NCBI GenBank assembly: GCA_040954595.2
Contig: CM082587.2
Span: 7,863,705-7,927,704 of the forward strand
Source of the DNA: Balanoglossus misakiensis
Lineage: Eukaryota; Animalia; Hemichordata
Direction of reading: 5' to 3'
DNA length: 64,000 nucleotides
Part shown: in pieces, positions 1-12,931 of the stretch
How the letters are laid out: every line of letters begins with the position of its first letter
Position numbering within the stretch: the first letter of the stretch is position 1
The notes under the pieces: generated by a model
Database searches by the model: none
Seen by the model: only the letters and a program-made list of their open reading frames with translations
Told to the model about the DNA's origin: nothing
Position numbers and translations under genes: made by a program

Positions 1-2781
1 CACATTTTCAAATTCATATTTTCACAGACCTGCGATCTCAGTACACATGTTCACATGTGTGGCGCTATGCCAACGCACTATAAAGTAGAAATCGTTGACA
101 AAATTTGCTGAATTCTGAAACCATGCAGTCTCGGTCTATACTGCAGGGCTGTCTTTCAGTCAAATAAAAAGTGGTCCTACGATCTCATTTATACATGTAC
201 AAGACACGTGCCTGTTTAAGAGTTGTACAATTCACACCAATTAAAACCCGAGCGTAAAGTTTGTACATGACCATGTAGAGTTACATGTTGTCTGTGCACA
301 GCCTATTCCTGATTCAGTGTGACCAGTCTCAAATCTTTAAGAGGTGATAATATACCACCGAACCTACTATTATTCTTAAATCTGTTCTAAGTCAGTGAGA
401 TGAACAATTCAGTGATGAACTATTATATGACTGAGTACAATCAAAACACATCTGTATCTGATAGTGTATTTAACAATGATAAATAATCATACAGTTAACC
501 CCTTTTCAAATATATGTATTTACATGCAGATATTGCATACATATTATAAAATAAAAGGAATGCTGATATAATAGATTTGATTAAGATTTGATTACAAATT
601 ATTTGTTGCACTAAATACAAATATTTTGAGTTGCTTATACAATTCACCTTAATTATTATTTGTGTATCCCACCTATCCCAACCAAAATGTTAGAGGTAAT
701 AACCGACCCAGCCCATCTCTTTTAACCAATGCCCACAACTTCAAACTCGAAACCCATTACAATCCTATCCCATTTCCCCTCCCAACCCACAACTACCCAT
801 GTTGTGACCCAATCATATACACAGCTATGAAAAATTACATAATTTATGAGGTTATACAGGTATCTTAACAGTGATATACTTGAGTTACAAAATTGTGTGA
901 ACCAGTCCAAAGATACTTAAGAGAAACAGCAGATAAAACAACTAGACCTGAGATTTTATCCAACTAGGTCCAGCATTGACTGCATGGCGAAAATGACATA
1001 ATTGACTGCCAAAATGTCTTGATAAACACGGTTTACCAAGGACAAAGTGTTAACACTAAAATTTCCCTACATTTGCACTGACACTGGATAAAAAAACAGT
1101 TGCTGCCAAAAATGTTGGCTAAATAATTAATCCACTGTTATGCTCCATTATTATTGGACATGGGTCACTTCAGCTGGTTGGTGACTGGAAACAATACAAA
1201 AATATTGTCTTTCTTGTGGAAATGTACACAACTCTGGTAAAATAAAACATAAAGTACATTAAACCATAAATTCATAATTACGGTAATTGTGAGGTGGATG
1301 ATCTATCTATGTATATAAGGTAATTATATACTTCATTTAGAAATGGCTGGTCTCCACAATGAAATCATCATTTTGTATGTTTGCTACTGACTTAGTGACA
1401 ACTTGATATTTGCAAAGTCAATCTGATTCAACTCAGGTACACTGTATGCTTCATTCACGTCTTCACTGTCTCTTTCTTTGTAATGGCATGGGCCACTCCT
1501 CACCGCATTTCAAAGGCGACGTCAGCAGACACGAAAATCATGAATGAACAAATGGCAAAAGACTGACCACACCTCGACATCTGAATGTAATCTGAATGCA
1601 ATCAGATCGATTGTGGAGTATACATTTATGAAGCAAGACTAAAAAGACATGAAAAGGGAAGTTTACGCAGTGTCACCATGCATAGACCGTGGTCGATCAT
1701 ACTCAATGCCCTGCATTTGCTCAATGGGCGACAGACGCCATGTTGAAAATCTGCCAATTGACAATCATAATTACATGTACCAGCTGTACATCAAATAAAC
1801 AGGTGCTTCTTCATCTCCTAGTCAGTTTTATCCCTTCATAATTCCATAACAATACATCTTGATTCTAACACCTAGGCGATTGTTGTTGGAAAAAATATTA
1901 CTTCAATTTTATAATTTATTTTGTACAGATGATGTGGTTGTCTGCAATCAAAGCAATTTTTTATAGTCATAGGTACATGTACTGGTATGCTTTCCTATTC
2001 ACGGCAGACTGAAGTTGACGGTGTAAAGACAGAAATTTCAAAGAGTTCATACATTGTGACACACTACAAATAATAATTTAGTCATGTGATATTGCAGTAG
2101 TAAATTAGGATTAGAATATCTTATTTGTGGATCATTTCTGAATGAATGAAGCTTTCTCTAAAGTTAACACATTATTATTGCAGTATATCCGAGTTTGAAT
2201 CTGAGTCAAAGTGAATATAAAGTCATCTGGTTTGTATTGCATGTTATGAGATGAATTCTATAATTGAGTACCACCTTCATCTTAATTATACAGACATAAA
2301 GTTGTAGAATGATGCAGGTATTGCAAAAGTCCAAGCCAGACAGCTGAGGCTAAGTCAGACAGTCTGACTGGGGCGATTCGAATAAATAATGGCTAATTTC
2401 TCTAGGGTACTTTCCAGAAACTCTTGAGTATTTTGAGTGGAGTGATGGAACAACTACATACACTGTTTTGTTTTAAATCTATCTGAATCTGACCACAATG
2501 TTATACTTCTAGGTTTACAGCGTCATTGAACTTTTTTTAGTCAAGGGTCATCCCTGGTTGACGATGACACCTTCAAAACCATGGCTCCAGTCTGAAGATT
2601 TGTAGCTTTTCTTGATAATTGGGCTCTACTTGTGATGAAATTACTGGCGTCCATGGGTGTCCGTGTGAATAGCAAAATGTACTCTGTCAGCATCATTACC
2701 ATGACAACAAGCATCAGTATTATCCGTATCCAGTCTAAATGATGAAATTCATTGTAGAGTGTATAGTGCAGCCGCAAGCAT

Positions 2782-4372
2782 CTATTGCTCCGATGGATTC
2801 TGTATGACAATCAATATGTAGCCATCCTCTGTGGGGGGAAAAAGAAAAGTACTTGGTGAAGTGACACATTCAATCCAAGCCTTTTGAATTTGTATAGCAC
2901 TATGTCTATATGTTGGATGAGAGATCTACTCTAAACTACCTTCTAAAGGGTGACGATCGCCGTATACGCATGTGCAAAACCAGAGACTATGGTTACACGT
3001 AAAAATGTAGAAAGATAAAAAAAAAACCTACCTGGTGCTACCATGATCTCATTCTTCTTTGATCTCATTCGGAGGAAAGTCAGATCATTTTGCGGATCCA
3101 CATCTCGGACCACACTGCGTGCAAGAGCCGTCACGTTCTGAATTGCGTTGGATAACTGTAACGTTGTTGAGTTGTCCATTGATGTACGAAGAATGATACC
3201 TGGAAGGGGTTGAATGATGATTCTGTCAATCAGTGCATTCAGTCACATATAACAAATTGAACATGCACAGTACTGGAATGCCTGGGAGGGGTTCCGGTTG
3301 TACTTTCTTGTACTGTTTACTGATGCAGTGGTTGGTATATGCACACAAATCACATTGCAACTTTACTGCTCACAGTTATGCATACAAAAAATCATGGTCT
3401 GCTACAACATTTAGTCTGTTTAGCAACATACACATGTATCGTGCATATGTTAAAAATATCATATTCAAAAGCAAATGTGTTTGTTGATATATTCAGATGG
3501 TAATTATCAATGTTACCAAGACCGACTTAAAAGTATAATGTGACACTGTGCAGTATTGGGGGGGGGGGGTCGCATAGAGAAGAGGGGCATTGTTTACCTT
3601 CTGGGTTGACAACGATTACACCATGAACTCCTTTGTGACTCTGAATTCTTTTCAACGTGTCTTCAACTTCTTGTGATGTCTGTAAAATATCAACAATAAA
3701 GAGGTTTAGTTTTGTCTTGCACGTCGTCATGGGTAATAGCTAGCTCTGCGTACAGGTCTGTGTTGTTCCCGGCGTTACACGGCCGTGTAACGCCGGGAAC
3801 ACACAGACCTGTACGCAGAGCTAGGGTAATAGCATGTTATGCGTCTCCTGAAACCATGGAACAGTCCAGTACCCAGCAACGATCGAGCTACAATATGGTT
3901 AGCTGACTTAGCTGTGTTGCTTTCTATATATACTGCCACCAGAGGAAATCACTGACATTTTGACTTTGAGTTGACGTTGACGTTGTCTGACATTGACGAG
4001 CAATAACATGTAACCACGGTCACTCCACAAGTTTGGGGTGACCGTGTTCAAAACAAGTCCTGCTTACACTCAGTTTTAGCATGGAGGCACTTAGTACCTC
4101 CATGGTTTTAGCTGGGGATACGATATTGACTTTGGCATGTCATCGTTTCTAATCAAACACAGACACTCTTGTTACCTACAGTGTATGATCGTAACAAGAG
4201 ACGCCAGAGGAAATCGTGTAGGTGACATGACTGCGGGCCAGGCTAAACCATTCAACCCTACAGTCACTGGCGACAAACCACCGAGAACAGAATCGGTAGT
4301 AGTATCCATTTCAAATATCGCCTTCGACTACTTAAAAAAAATGTCAGTATTGTCGAATTCTCAACTTACCAT
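2782..4372 (-). CDS. DYNLRB: Dynein light chain roadblock-type, 4 coding exons, 99 aa
   Basis: Exons 4372-4370 (ATG only, then GTAAGT), 3679-3598, 3199-3032, 2828-2782; all GT/AG, total 300 nt. Protein [41 protein letters not shown]...[41 protein letters not shown] is a clear roadblock/LC7 sequence. Confidence 0.96.
3741..3823. mobile_element. 83-bp fully palindromic mini-MITE with 10-bp TSD, in DYNLRB intron 1
   Basis: TAGCTCTGCGTACAGGTCTGTG...CACAGACCTGTACGCAGAGCTA flanked by GGGTAATAGC at 3731-3740 and 3824-3833. Confidence 0.88.
4080..4104. mobile_element. 25-bp hairpin micro-element or transposon footprint with 7-bp direct repeat
   Basis: CATGGAGG-cacttagta-CCTCCATG flanked by GTTTTAG at 4073-4079 and 4105-4111. 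Confidence 0.55.
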
Positions 4373-5951
4373 TGTTGTATCTATGTATGCGAGCAGTTAA
4401 CCGTTGATCAATCCGATTGTAATGGTCGTGTACTGTGGGTTGCTACGGACTAGCTGAGGAATCCCCCTTCTACGCATGCCCAGTTTATATTGTCATTTGG
4501 GTCAAGCGGTCGTCAAGTGTACACAAGCATGCACAGTGATATATGTTGGTCGCGGGATTGCTTATAGTGATAGCAATAGTTAGAAATACAACTAGAAACT
4601 GCTGTTTTCATTAAATACACTATTGCAGAGGTAATTAACTGTACCCCAGTCAACTTTGGAACAAGCCGAATCCTACCTCCCACTTTCTCTTTAGAAAGTG
4701 TTAGCGGTACCTTGTTCTGCATGAGAAAAATTGGACAGTATATCTTTGTGAAAGCCTTAAGTTCACGTTTTCCTTCTACTTTCATAATTAAAAAAATATA
4801 TATTGATAGTATCCCGATTCACAATCCCGGGATCACAATACAGTTTACTAAAATTGCCACAGAGGGCGCTTCGTGGTTATATTTTTCAGGTACTGGTGAG
4901 CAAGAGGCCTAAATGTTAGAATGTTACAAAGTTGACGAGATTTCGTTGATACATGTATATAATCTTCCATGAGGAGTTTTAAAATTATTATTATACTAAA
5001 TTTTCAGAAGTGGGATCAATCATTGCGAGTTTGATAGATATGGTGATATAATGCTGCAACGTTTGTAATTTGTCGATCTAAGCCTAAAATCAGATTTAGA
5101 GTAAGGCGCTGGTGATAGTTTTGGACTTCTGGCTATTCTGCTCTCGCGGCTTTGGTTGCTCTGTTCTCTGTCTTGGCTGTTCTTCCGAACAGAACAGTTA
5201 AGAGTCAGCAAAAATGTTGCATTAATTGGCCCTGGGACATATGAAAACGTAATGACTGGTGTTCAAGTTTTGGGTGCATGTTGTTATAATACTTATTGAA
5301 GAGCTTTACTTGTCAAATTAGAGGACTTGTTTTAATTTCCTTCTTTCTTTAAAATTGTTTTTTTTTTCCGGCCATTATGTGTATTGTCTTCCTGTGAGTT
5401 TCCGGTGAGCGCAATTTTCCATGCGTAGCATAAGTATGCCAATGAATGCAATGATCATATTACTATCGGTCTAATTATTGTTAAATAATATCCGTTTCTC
5501 GTTTGCAGCATGGTCATGATTTTGGGGGCAACAGAGGGAATTATTGAGGGGAGGGGGGATTGCAATGTATTAAGTATTACCCCACTGAATCCCAATGCTT
5601 ATCTCAAATGACAAAGGGGTAAAATAACAGATTCACTGTTATTTTCTCGACAACGTATTTAGGTGGAATTTCTAGTAATTTACAGAAAATGACGACTGCT
5701 TTTATTACTCAGCCTTGTGGTTTTGCGGCTATAGGGTATTATAATTGGGCAAATTGAGATTTTTCAAAATTGACTTTGACATGAATTCGGACAGTTGCAC
5801 TGGCAGGGGGTAAAGTGTAGTCAGCATGGGAATCAATTTCACTACCGACAGATTTAGTCTTTTCACAATTCAACGCACAACCTGGCGCCTGGCCCTATAC
5901 TGTACTTTGAAATCTATACTCTATAGCGAGGAATATGAGTACATGTCGGAC

Positions 5952-6050
5952 CAATCTGATTAAAATCAGATGCAGGGAACGGCGACGTGGTTATTTTTAT
6001 GGTCTAAAAAACCACGTCGCCGTTCCCTACATCTGATTTTAATCAGATTG
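5952..6050. mobile_element. ~99-bp palindromic MITE, 9-bp TSD (Mutator-like), copy 1
   Basis: Arms CAATCTGATTAAAATCAGATG.AGGGAACGGCGACGTGG and its reverse complement; TSD ATGTCGGAC at 5943-5951 and 6051-6059; second copy at 12132. Confidence 0.9.
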
Positions 6051-6842
6051 ATGTCGGACATAGAAACACATTTGCGACAGCATGAGAATATATACCGATT
6101 GGGCGGAAGAAAGATGTTGATGCACAGATGTTTTGGACCCTTGCTGAACCTTGTAAACAAGTACACTAAATACGAGGAGGAGATTTTTATTCAAACATAT
6201 CATCATGTGTGAGTTTCATTTCTTCACAGAAGCTCAGGACTCCTCACCTAGTAATATCATGGAAAATAAATGACTTCGTCAGTATTAAGCAAACTTTTTT
6301 TCCTGTCCTTGATTTTGAATGACGAAAACCACTGCGACAATCTTTCACAACACAGCCGGAACACGAGCCCCCCCCCCTCCCCCCTCCCCACTAGAAGCCA
6401 AGAACCGATGTGCATTCATATCATATTGATCTTGACATCCTTCAGAGCAGCAACGTAAAACAGGAAGAAAACATGAACAATACAAGCATTAACGTGATCC
6501 AACATGTAGTTAGACAATCTCGAATCGCTTCCACCTGTCAAAAAACCAAACCATTAACCTTGATTTGAAGACATTATCTAACACAGTCAGTCGGGAATGT
6601 AAAATGCCCGTTGTTATCTGGCAATTTGATTTGATAGCTAGGAAACTACACAAGACTTTGTTTACGATTATTTATCCACCTATCAACTTACAATAAAATG
6701 ATTAAATTACGGTGACTGTGACGTCACGTTTTGGAGTATCACTTTGCCCCGCCCACCACCTTGACTTAATAAATAATCGAGAATGATTAGAAGACTCTCA
6801 GAGCCATACATGTACAAGGGTATTGAGACAGCCTTCGTCAAC

Positions 6843-9800
6843 ATGTCGACTTTGACGGTATTTCTAGCGTTTTCTACCATTCTTATGGTCTCTGCAGACT
6901 ACAGCTGGAACTCGTATAGTAGTAGCAGCGACGTGGAGGAAGACAACATATTCTGTAAGTAAAATCTGGAGCGAAAAACATGCACAGTCAAATCACACAC
7001 TCGCGTCGTGATGGCGTAACAACGTCAAAAGGAACGTTGTTTTATGGTCAATTAACCTATGCCAATATGATCGTGTGAGGTATTCTTGAGTTACGGTGGT
7101 CAAATTCATCATGTATACAGTGCATGCAGTGAGTGTGGCTGGGTTTGCGTATAGGATGTTTTCCCGTTTACGGCAACTGATTGATTGCGTTTATATTCAC
7201 AAGTCATATAGGCATGGTGTAACGTGATATGTGATATAGACAAGGTTTTGTGATAGACTTTTGTTCAAGTTGTCTACCACACCACACCACACCACACCAC
7301 AAGGTATTTTTCGCGCTTTAAATGCAATTGATCACTTACAAAGATCGAGAGAATATTAGTAATTCATCGCAGTCTCGATACTGCATATTGTAACCGGAGG
7401 CCCTTTTGTCACTTGCAAGTTGAGCGAACATGGTGCATGCACCTCTGCTTATGGCAAACGGCAAGCGTATCATCGCAGGCTACGTTTAACTTACTTTATT
7501 TCTAATCAAATGTCTATAATTTGAATAGATAAATCGAGAATTGGAGACTTGTGAATGATCAGATAGTTGCATAGATCCGCCCTTCACTAGAGATTATTCC
7601 TGTGTTGGTCTACACATGTTTATCATGATGTTTAAATTAAAAGCCGGGATTAGGCTACACCACCAAGAATGATACCGAATTATTCAGATTGTCTTAACCT
7701 GAAAAGTGCGGTAAAACGATACGAAAATGGACTGCTTATAGCTGTGATCAAGCTTATCTCCACTGCATCTTGTCAGAATCAAACGATGTCAACAATGGTT
7801 AGGTCATGCATGAAGATATTTATTTGTATTTGATACATACCTGGTCTTGTATTTGCGAAGTCAATGACCTTAAAGTCAGTTTACATTTCACAACGTGAAC
7901 ATTTTCAGTGCCAGTTATCAACAAACGACATACGCGGAGTTGAAGCATCATTTTTGTGGCCAAAATATGCGTTATAAAGACAAACATTATTAACAAATAA
8001 TAGCTTGACGACACAATTTATCGAAACACTTTCAATTTACTTATTTCCCCAGCTATCATAAACATTACGTAGTTAAATTCATTTCAAAAGTAAGGATATA
8101 CCTTTCAAACAGTTACTTTTGGTTAACCGTGGCAGGCAGACACTTAGGCCAAAGGTCACGGAGCGAATGGCCATTACGTCGCTAACGAGATCTGTAATTC
8201 ACCAAGCTTTATTGAATCAGCCTGGATATTATAAGATTAAATTATCCGCACCCCATCCTACTGTGTAGCGGAGATACCAAACTAACTTTTTAGTAGTCCA
8301 GTGCACTGTTACATTAATTTCTTCTGTTGGTTCATCCGCTGTTTATTTCATATTCAATGCAAACAGAAGTTAGATTGAAGTTAGATAGACAGTTCACCCC
8401 GGCGATAGGGGCGTTGATAAAAGTTTGTAGCCCGGCGCCAAAACACAGCTAGTGGCGACTTTACCTTTGCTTACCAACTGAATTACCTCATGAGGAAAAG
8501 TAGCTGGTAATTTGCACCCATCCCTCCCTGGCTCTATAGCTCGTCTTCAAGTTCTGCGCCAATTTCGCTTAAACACCCCCCCCCCCCCTGACTGCGCACA
8601 TTTGTACAATTGGCCAAAGGTGGCGAGGGATTTTATCCGTACCAAAAATCAATTGTCCGCAGTAAACGCGGTGCCGTAAGTGTGACACATCAGATGTCTG
8701 GGTGAAGGCGGTATACATTTTGAGCAATACTGTACACACGGAAATGTTAATAGTTCTGACGATGGCCCGTTCTCACTTCTTTAAATAATCCTTTGTTTTC
8801 ATTCGGATCTTGGATGGCCGAGCACTATCATATCTCAATTCCTTTTTCTTTCATTCAGCATATAACGGCGCTGTTTATGAGTTTGTGGACGAACAGCACA
8901 CATGGAAACAGGCATACAAGAACTGTTACGAAAAGGGAGGGAAGTTAGCAAGAGTGGACAACGGTCGAACACATGAATTACTGGTGCAGTTCATTGAAAA
9001 TATGGATTTACCAGGAAAAGGTGCGTACATGTGTATTTCGATTTTGTTTTGTACATTTAATAGTCGGATAACTGTTACTATGACTTGGTCTTCAGTTGAC
9101 AAAATGTGTATAGCCTTTTGAATCACAAAACCGCTCATGTACTGGACTTCATCGATCAGTTGTTATTTGTGATTATATTATATCATATAATTAAGCAATA
9201 ACCCCCGCCGCAGGCGGGTATACACGAGATTTTGGTACAATTCGAGACATATAGCACGATACTATTAGGTGATGTCACCTCCATTCTCGGTTACCTTTGC
9301 GAGTTAGCGAAGATCGGTGCTTTGTTCGACAAATATACAAAGTCTGGGTTTTGTTTTGTTTTGTTTACCTATGAATAAACAAATGAAGAATTCCTGTATT
9401 GTTTCCACGCAGGATATTGGATCGACGGAAATGACAGAGCTACCGAGGGTGTCTGGGTACATCTCGACACCAGTCCTCTCGACTTCACCCCGTGGGGAAC
9501 CGACGAACCCGACAACGGCGCTGGAACCAAAACCAACGAAGACTGTCTGATGATGTCATGGTACAGACAACAATGATTTTAACAGAATACACGCTTACCG
9601 AATGATTTCCCGCTTAAACTTGTTGCCCTTAGATACATTTCTATCTGAGTTAATTAAGACAGACATTACCCGTCTCCAAAGACCACGGATAATCGAAATC
9701 ATTTTTCTTACTAACATCTCGTAAAAATACAAGACATGATACCGCTGGATTATTTGCACGTCAAGCTTGCATCCCTGATGGAAATGTCGTTTTTCCACCA

Positions 9801-10090
9801 GTGATCTGACAGAGTGCAACACGGCATATCACATGTAAATTAAATAACTATGTCGAATCTCCTATTTTCAACTACCAATTCAGTAGTACAAAGTGCTGGC
9901 GAACGTTTCTGAGATGTGATCGGCTCGGATATGTCAGGACAACACATTTTCTCTCACATGAAATTAAATTCAATGGATTTAGATTTACCACAGAAACATT
10001 TACGTATATCATTTTCATGTAGGTGGCATGATTATTCATGGAGCGACCGCAGCTGCGATGATCAGGAGTTTAATTCTATATGTCAATATG
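6843..10090 (+). CDS. Secreted C-type lectin domain protein, unit 1 (EPD/WSD motifs); last exon unresolved
   Basis: Exons 6843-6954 (signal peptide MSTLTVFLAFSTILMVSA), 8859-9020, 9413-9560, 10023-10090; CTLD motifs TWKQAYKNC..GGKLA, YWIDGND..EGVW, WGTDEPDN, EDCLMM, WSDRSC, ICQY. Ends in a phase-1 donor; candidate acceptors before 10525 (stop ~10598) or before 10611. Confidence 0.88.
7277..7301. repeat. (CCACA)n microsatellite
   Basis: About five tandem CCACA units in lectin intron 1. Confidence 0.8.
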
Positions 10091-10645
10091 GTAAGAAGAG
10101 ACCTACATATAGACTTTAGCCCATGAGTCGCTTGGTGATTTTTCGTCTTTATAAATATTCTCAATACTTTTAGTGTATTTGCTTGTTTTGAGCGAGTTTC
10201 TGGTACTTAGCTGAGTTTCGAATTCGGGGCTAGGCTCCTGGTTTCGGTACAACATAGACGTGAAGCAAGACTAACATCATGCATAATGAATAGTGGTCGA
10301 GTCATAAGCTCGTTGCAGGCGCTCGTTGGTTCATTCTGTAGGCTTATTTATCTAGTGCACTATCCGTTGACTTACGGTGATTGACATATTTGAAATGCAA
10401 GGACCTCATTTCCGACGTTGTGTTGACATAAATATTTTGTCGTCAACGTACACTAATTAGCATTACATATGAAATAATTACTGCTTATTTAAAATAATCA
10501 TTCTTTCCTGTGTCCAAATTGTAGTAATTATAACCAAAGAGAAAATAGAATACATAACATGTCCGGCCTCCCGTGACAAACCTCATATTATAACTTGAAA
10601 TCATCTGCAGAACTTCAACGAATTGTAGATAATTTTTTTACCAAG

Positions 10646-12931
10646 ATGATGGCATGGCTAACATTTCTGGTTTCGATTCTGTTGGTTCTTACAGCAGATG
10701 ACAGTTGGGTGGAAGGTTCGGCAAGTGGCGAAGAAGAATGGGTCATATGTGAGTATTCGTGGTTTTGTTCATGTTGTGTTGAGCTAAATACATACTGGAT
10801 ATTTCAGCGTGCTTCAAGGATTGAAACGAGAAACTGCAGTTGATAAACAGAACAAAAGTGCTAGGAAAAACAGCAAATAATTGCACCAAGTGGAGTTATG
10901 AGTCTTAATATATACTAAAGGTGGATGATCGTAACGGATAGGGTGTACACCTGTCGTGTACTAGTAGGGCCTATAATAATATTCGAAATATTATATACGA
11001 ATATCGAAATTCACATGTACAGCACGGCATTGGAAATACAACGACTGTAAATGAGTGATGTTATTCTCGTCGTTGCACAGCATACAATGGCATTGTGTAC
11101 CAGCTTATGGAGGATTTAACAAACTGGAAACAAGCAAGTAAGAATTGCCAAGATCTGGGTGGAGAACTGGCCCGAATTACCAGTAATGAGCTTCAGGAAG
11201 TCATTGTGGATGCAATCAACAAGAAAAACTCACCTGGAAGAGGTATTTGTAATTTTTGGTGTCCATTTAAAGATTCGCTTTCTTTCAAAATTTATAGAAC
11301 GTATTTTTTAATATATAGAGAGGACCACCAGCGACGAATCTTGTATATAGTAAAACCTGTCATATCCATTTTAGTGTTGAAATAATGCTTTACTTCGACA
11401 GTCGATGGCACTTTTAAACAGCAAATACAATAAAAACACAGACAGACAGGTTTTTATGACATGCATTGACCAGTTGCATTCTAGTACAATTATACCGGAT
11501 CTGCTGTCTCGACCACATCTCCAAAACATCCCCCAACGGCCAAACATGCCTAAAAGATTCCATTCTCTAAACGTACAGGATACTGGATCGATGGAAATGA
11601 CATATCCGCTGAAGGTGAGTGGGTTTATTCCGACCGGACACCGTTGCAATTCACGGCATGGGGGTACGAGGAACCCAACAGTGGAGCCGAACAGAACATC
11701 GATGAGGACTGTTTAATGATGCTGTGGTAAGCTGAGATTTTTTTCGCTAGCTAAAACCTTACAATTTCCAGTTCACAAAGCTTACTTCATAACTGCTCTG
11801 TTTGCTATGGGCTTCTTGAATTTCTAAGTCGATGTACTGCATTCAGTAAATGTTGTAAGACAATAATATGGTTTAATTATACACTTAATTTTTTTTTACA
11901 AAATGTCTTTCAATTCACCTTTGCCGGTCCGGGAGTAAACCGTTGTTGCATGAACCTTACCTGTACAAAGACAATGCTGGGTGTAAGTTCGCTAAAGTCC
12001 TCACCTTGCCAGATTGGCAGTACCCTGGCGAATAATACGTTTGCACAGTATATCGCCGTGAATTTCACATCATGTGGCGGCCATTTTGGGCCAGAACCTT
12101 GACAAATGTTTGATGCATTCACTGTTAGACGCAATCTGATTAAAATCAGATGTAGGGAACGGTGACGTGTTTTTTTTATATAAAAAAACCCACGTCGCCG
12201 TTCCTAAATCTGCTTTTAATCAGATTGTGTTAGACGTTAGCAAAGCACAGCCGGTTATAGAATTGGCTCTTGAAACCAGGCAATTTCCATAGATGGCTAA
12301 CTCCCTATCTCCAAGGCGATACTGACGGTGCGCGTTTGTTTGCAGGTGGCACAGCTATCAATGGAGCGATCACAATTGCGAGGACGAAGAGCTGTTCAAT
12401 TCAATATGCCAATTTGGTAAGTGCTGAAAATGTCGACAACTGCCGCTGTCAGTTTAGCTGAATACCGCCTCTGAGATTTTAGTGGAAGGATACTAACAAT
12501 TGCATCAGTACAGAAGGGCATTCTCGTGATTCTGCGCACTAATTGTACCATATAATCATTGTAATACCACATTTGGAACACTCGTTGCAAATTGTGCTCG
12601 TGGTGTGTGTGCATGTAATTCTCTGCGTCTGATAATTGCAGGTGAGTCTCCACTAGTACCGGTGATGTCCTGTACCGTGGAAACCAACATCGATAGGAAA
12701 GGCAGCGATCTCAACAACGGGCGTTACAACGTGGTCGAAAGTCCGGAAGCTTGCTGCAAATCTTGTCAAGACGACCCCGAGTGTCTGGCCTGGACCTTTG
12801 ACAAGCGCCCGGACAGCTATGGAAATTGTTGGCTGAAGGACGAGGTACCTCCACAGACCTACAGTTCCTGCTGCGATTCTGGCTACGTGGCGGAGAGACT
12901 TGAAGACGTCGGTAGCTGGAAAGGCTTTTGA
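10646..12931 (+). CDS. Secreted C-type lectin (EPN/WSD) plus C-terminal PAN/Apple domain, ~257 aa, unit 2
   Basis: Exons 10646-10748 (signal peptide MMAWLTFLVSILLVLTA), 11081-11242, 11579-11726, 12346-12416, 12642-12931. The 162- and 148-nt exons match unit 1. Last exon C..ETNIDRKGSDL...SPEACCKSCQDDPECLAWTF...NCWLK...CDSG fits a PAN/Apple pattern. Confidence 0.88.
12132..12227. mobile_element. ~96-bp palindromic MITE, 9-bp TSD, copy 2 of the 5952 family
   Basis: CAATCTGATTAAAATCAGATGTAGGGAAC...TTTTAATCAGATTG; TSD TGTTAGACG at 12123-12131 and 12228-12236. Confidence 0.9.

Noticed and set aside
28-108. Possible terminal exon of an upstream gene after TTTTCACAG
   Set aside because: All three frames give short peptides with no recognisable motif; cannot be supported from this window.
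4015-4046. Hairpin CACGGTCACTCCA...TGGGGTGACCGTG
   Set aside because: No TSD or second copy; too little evidence to call an element or RNA.
4439-4452. RFX X-box upstream of DYNLRB
   Set aside because: Only the GTTGCT half-site matches.
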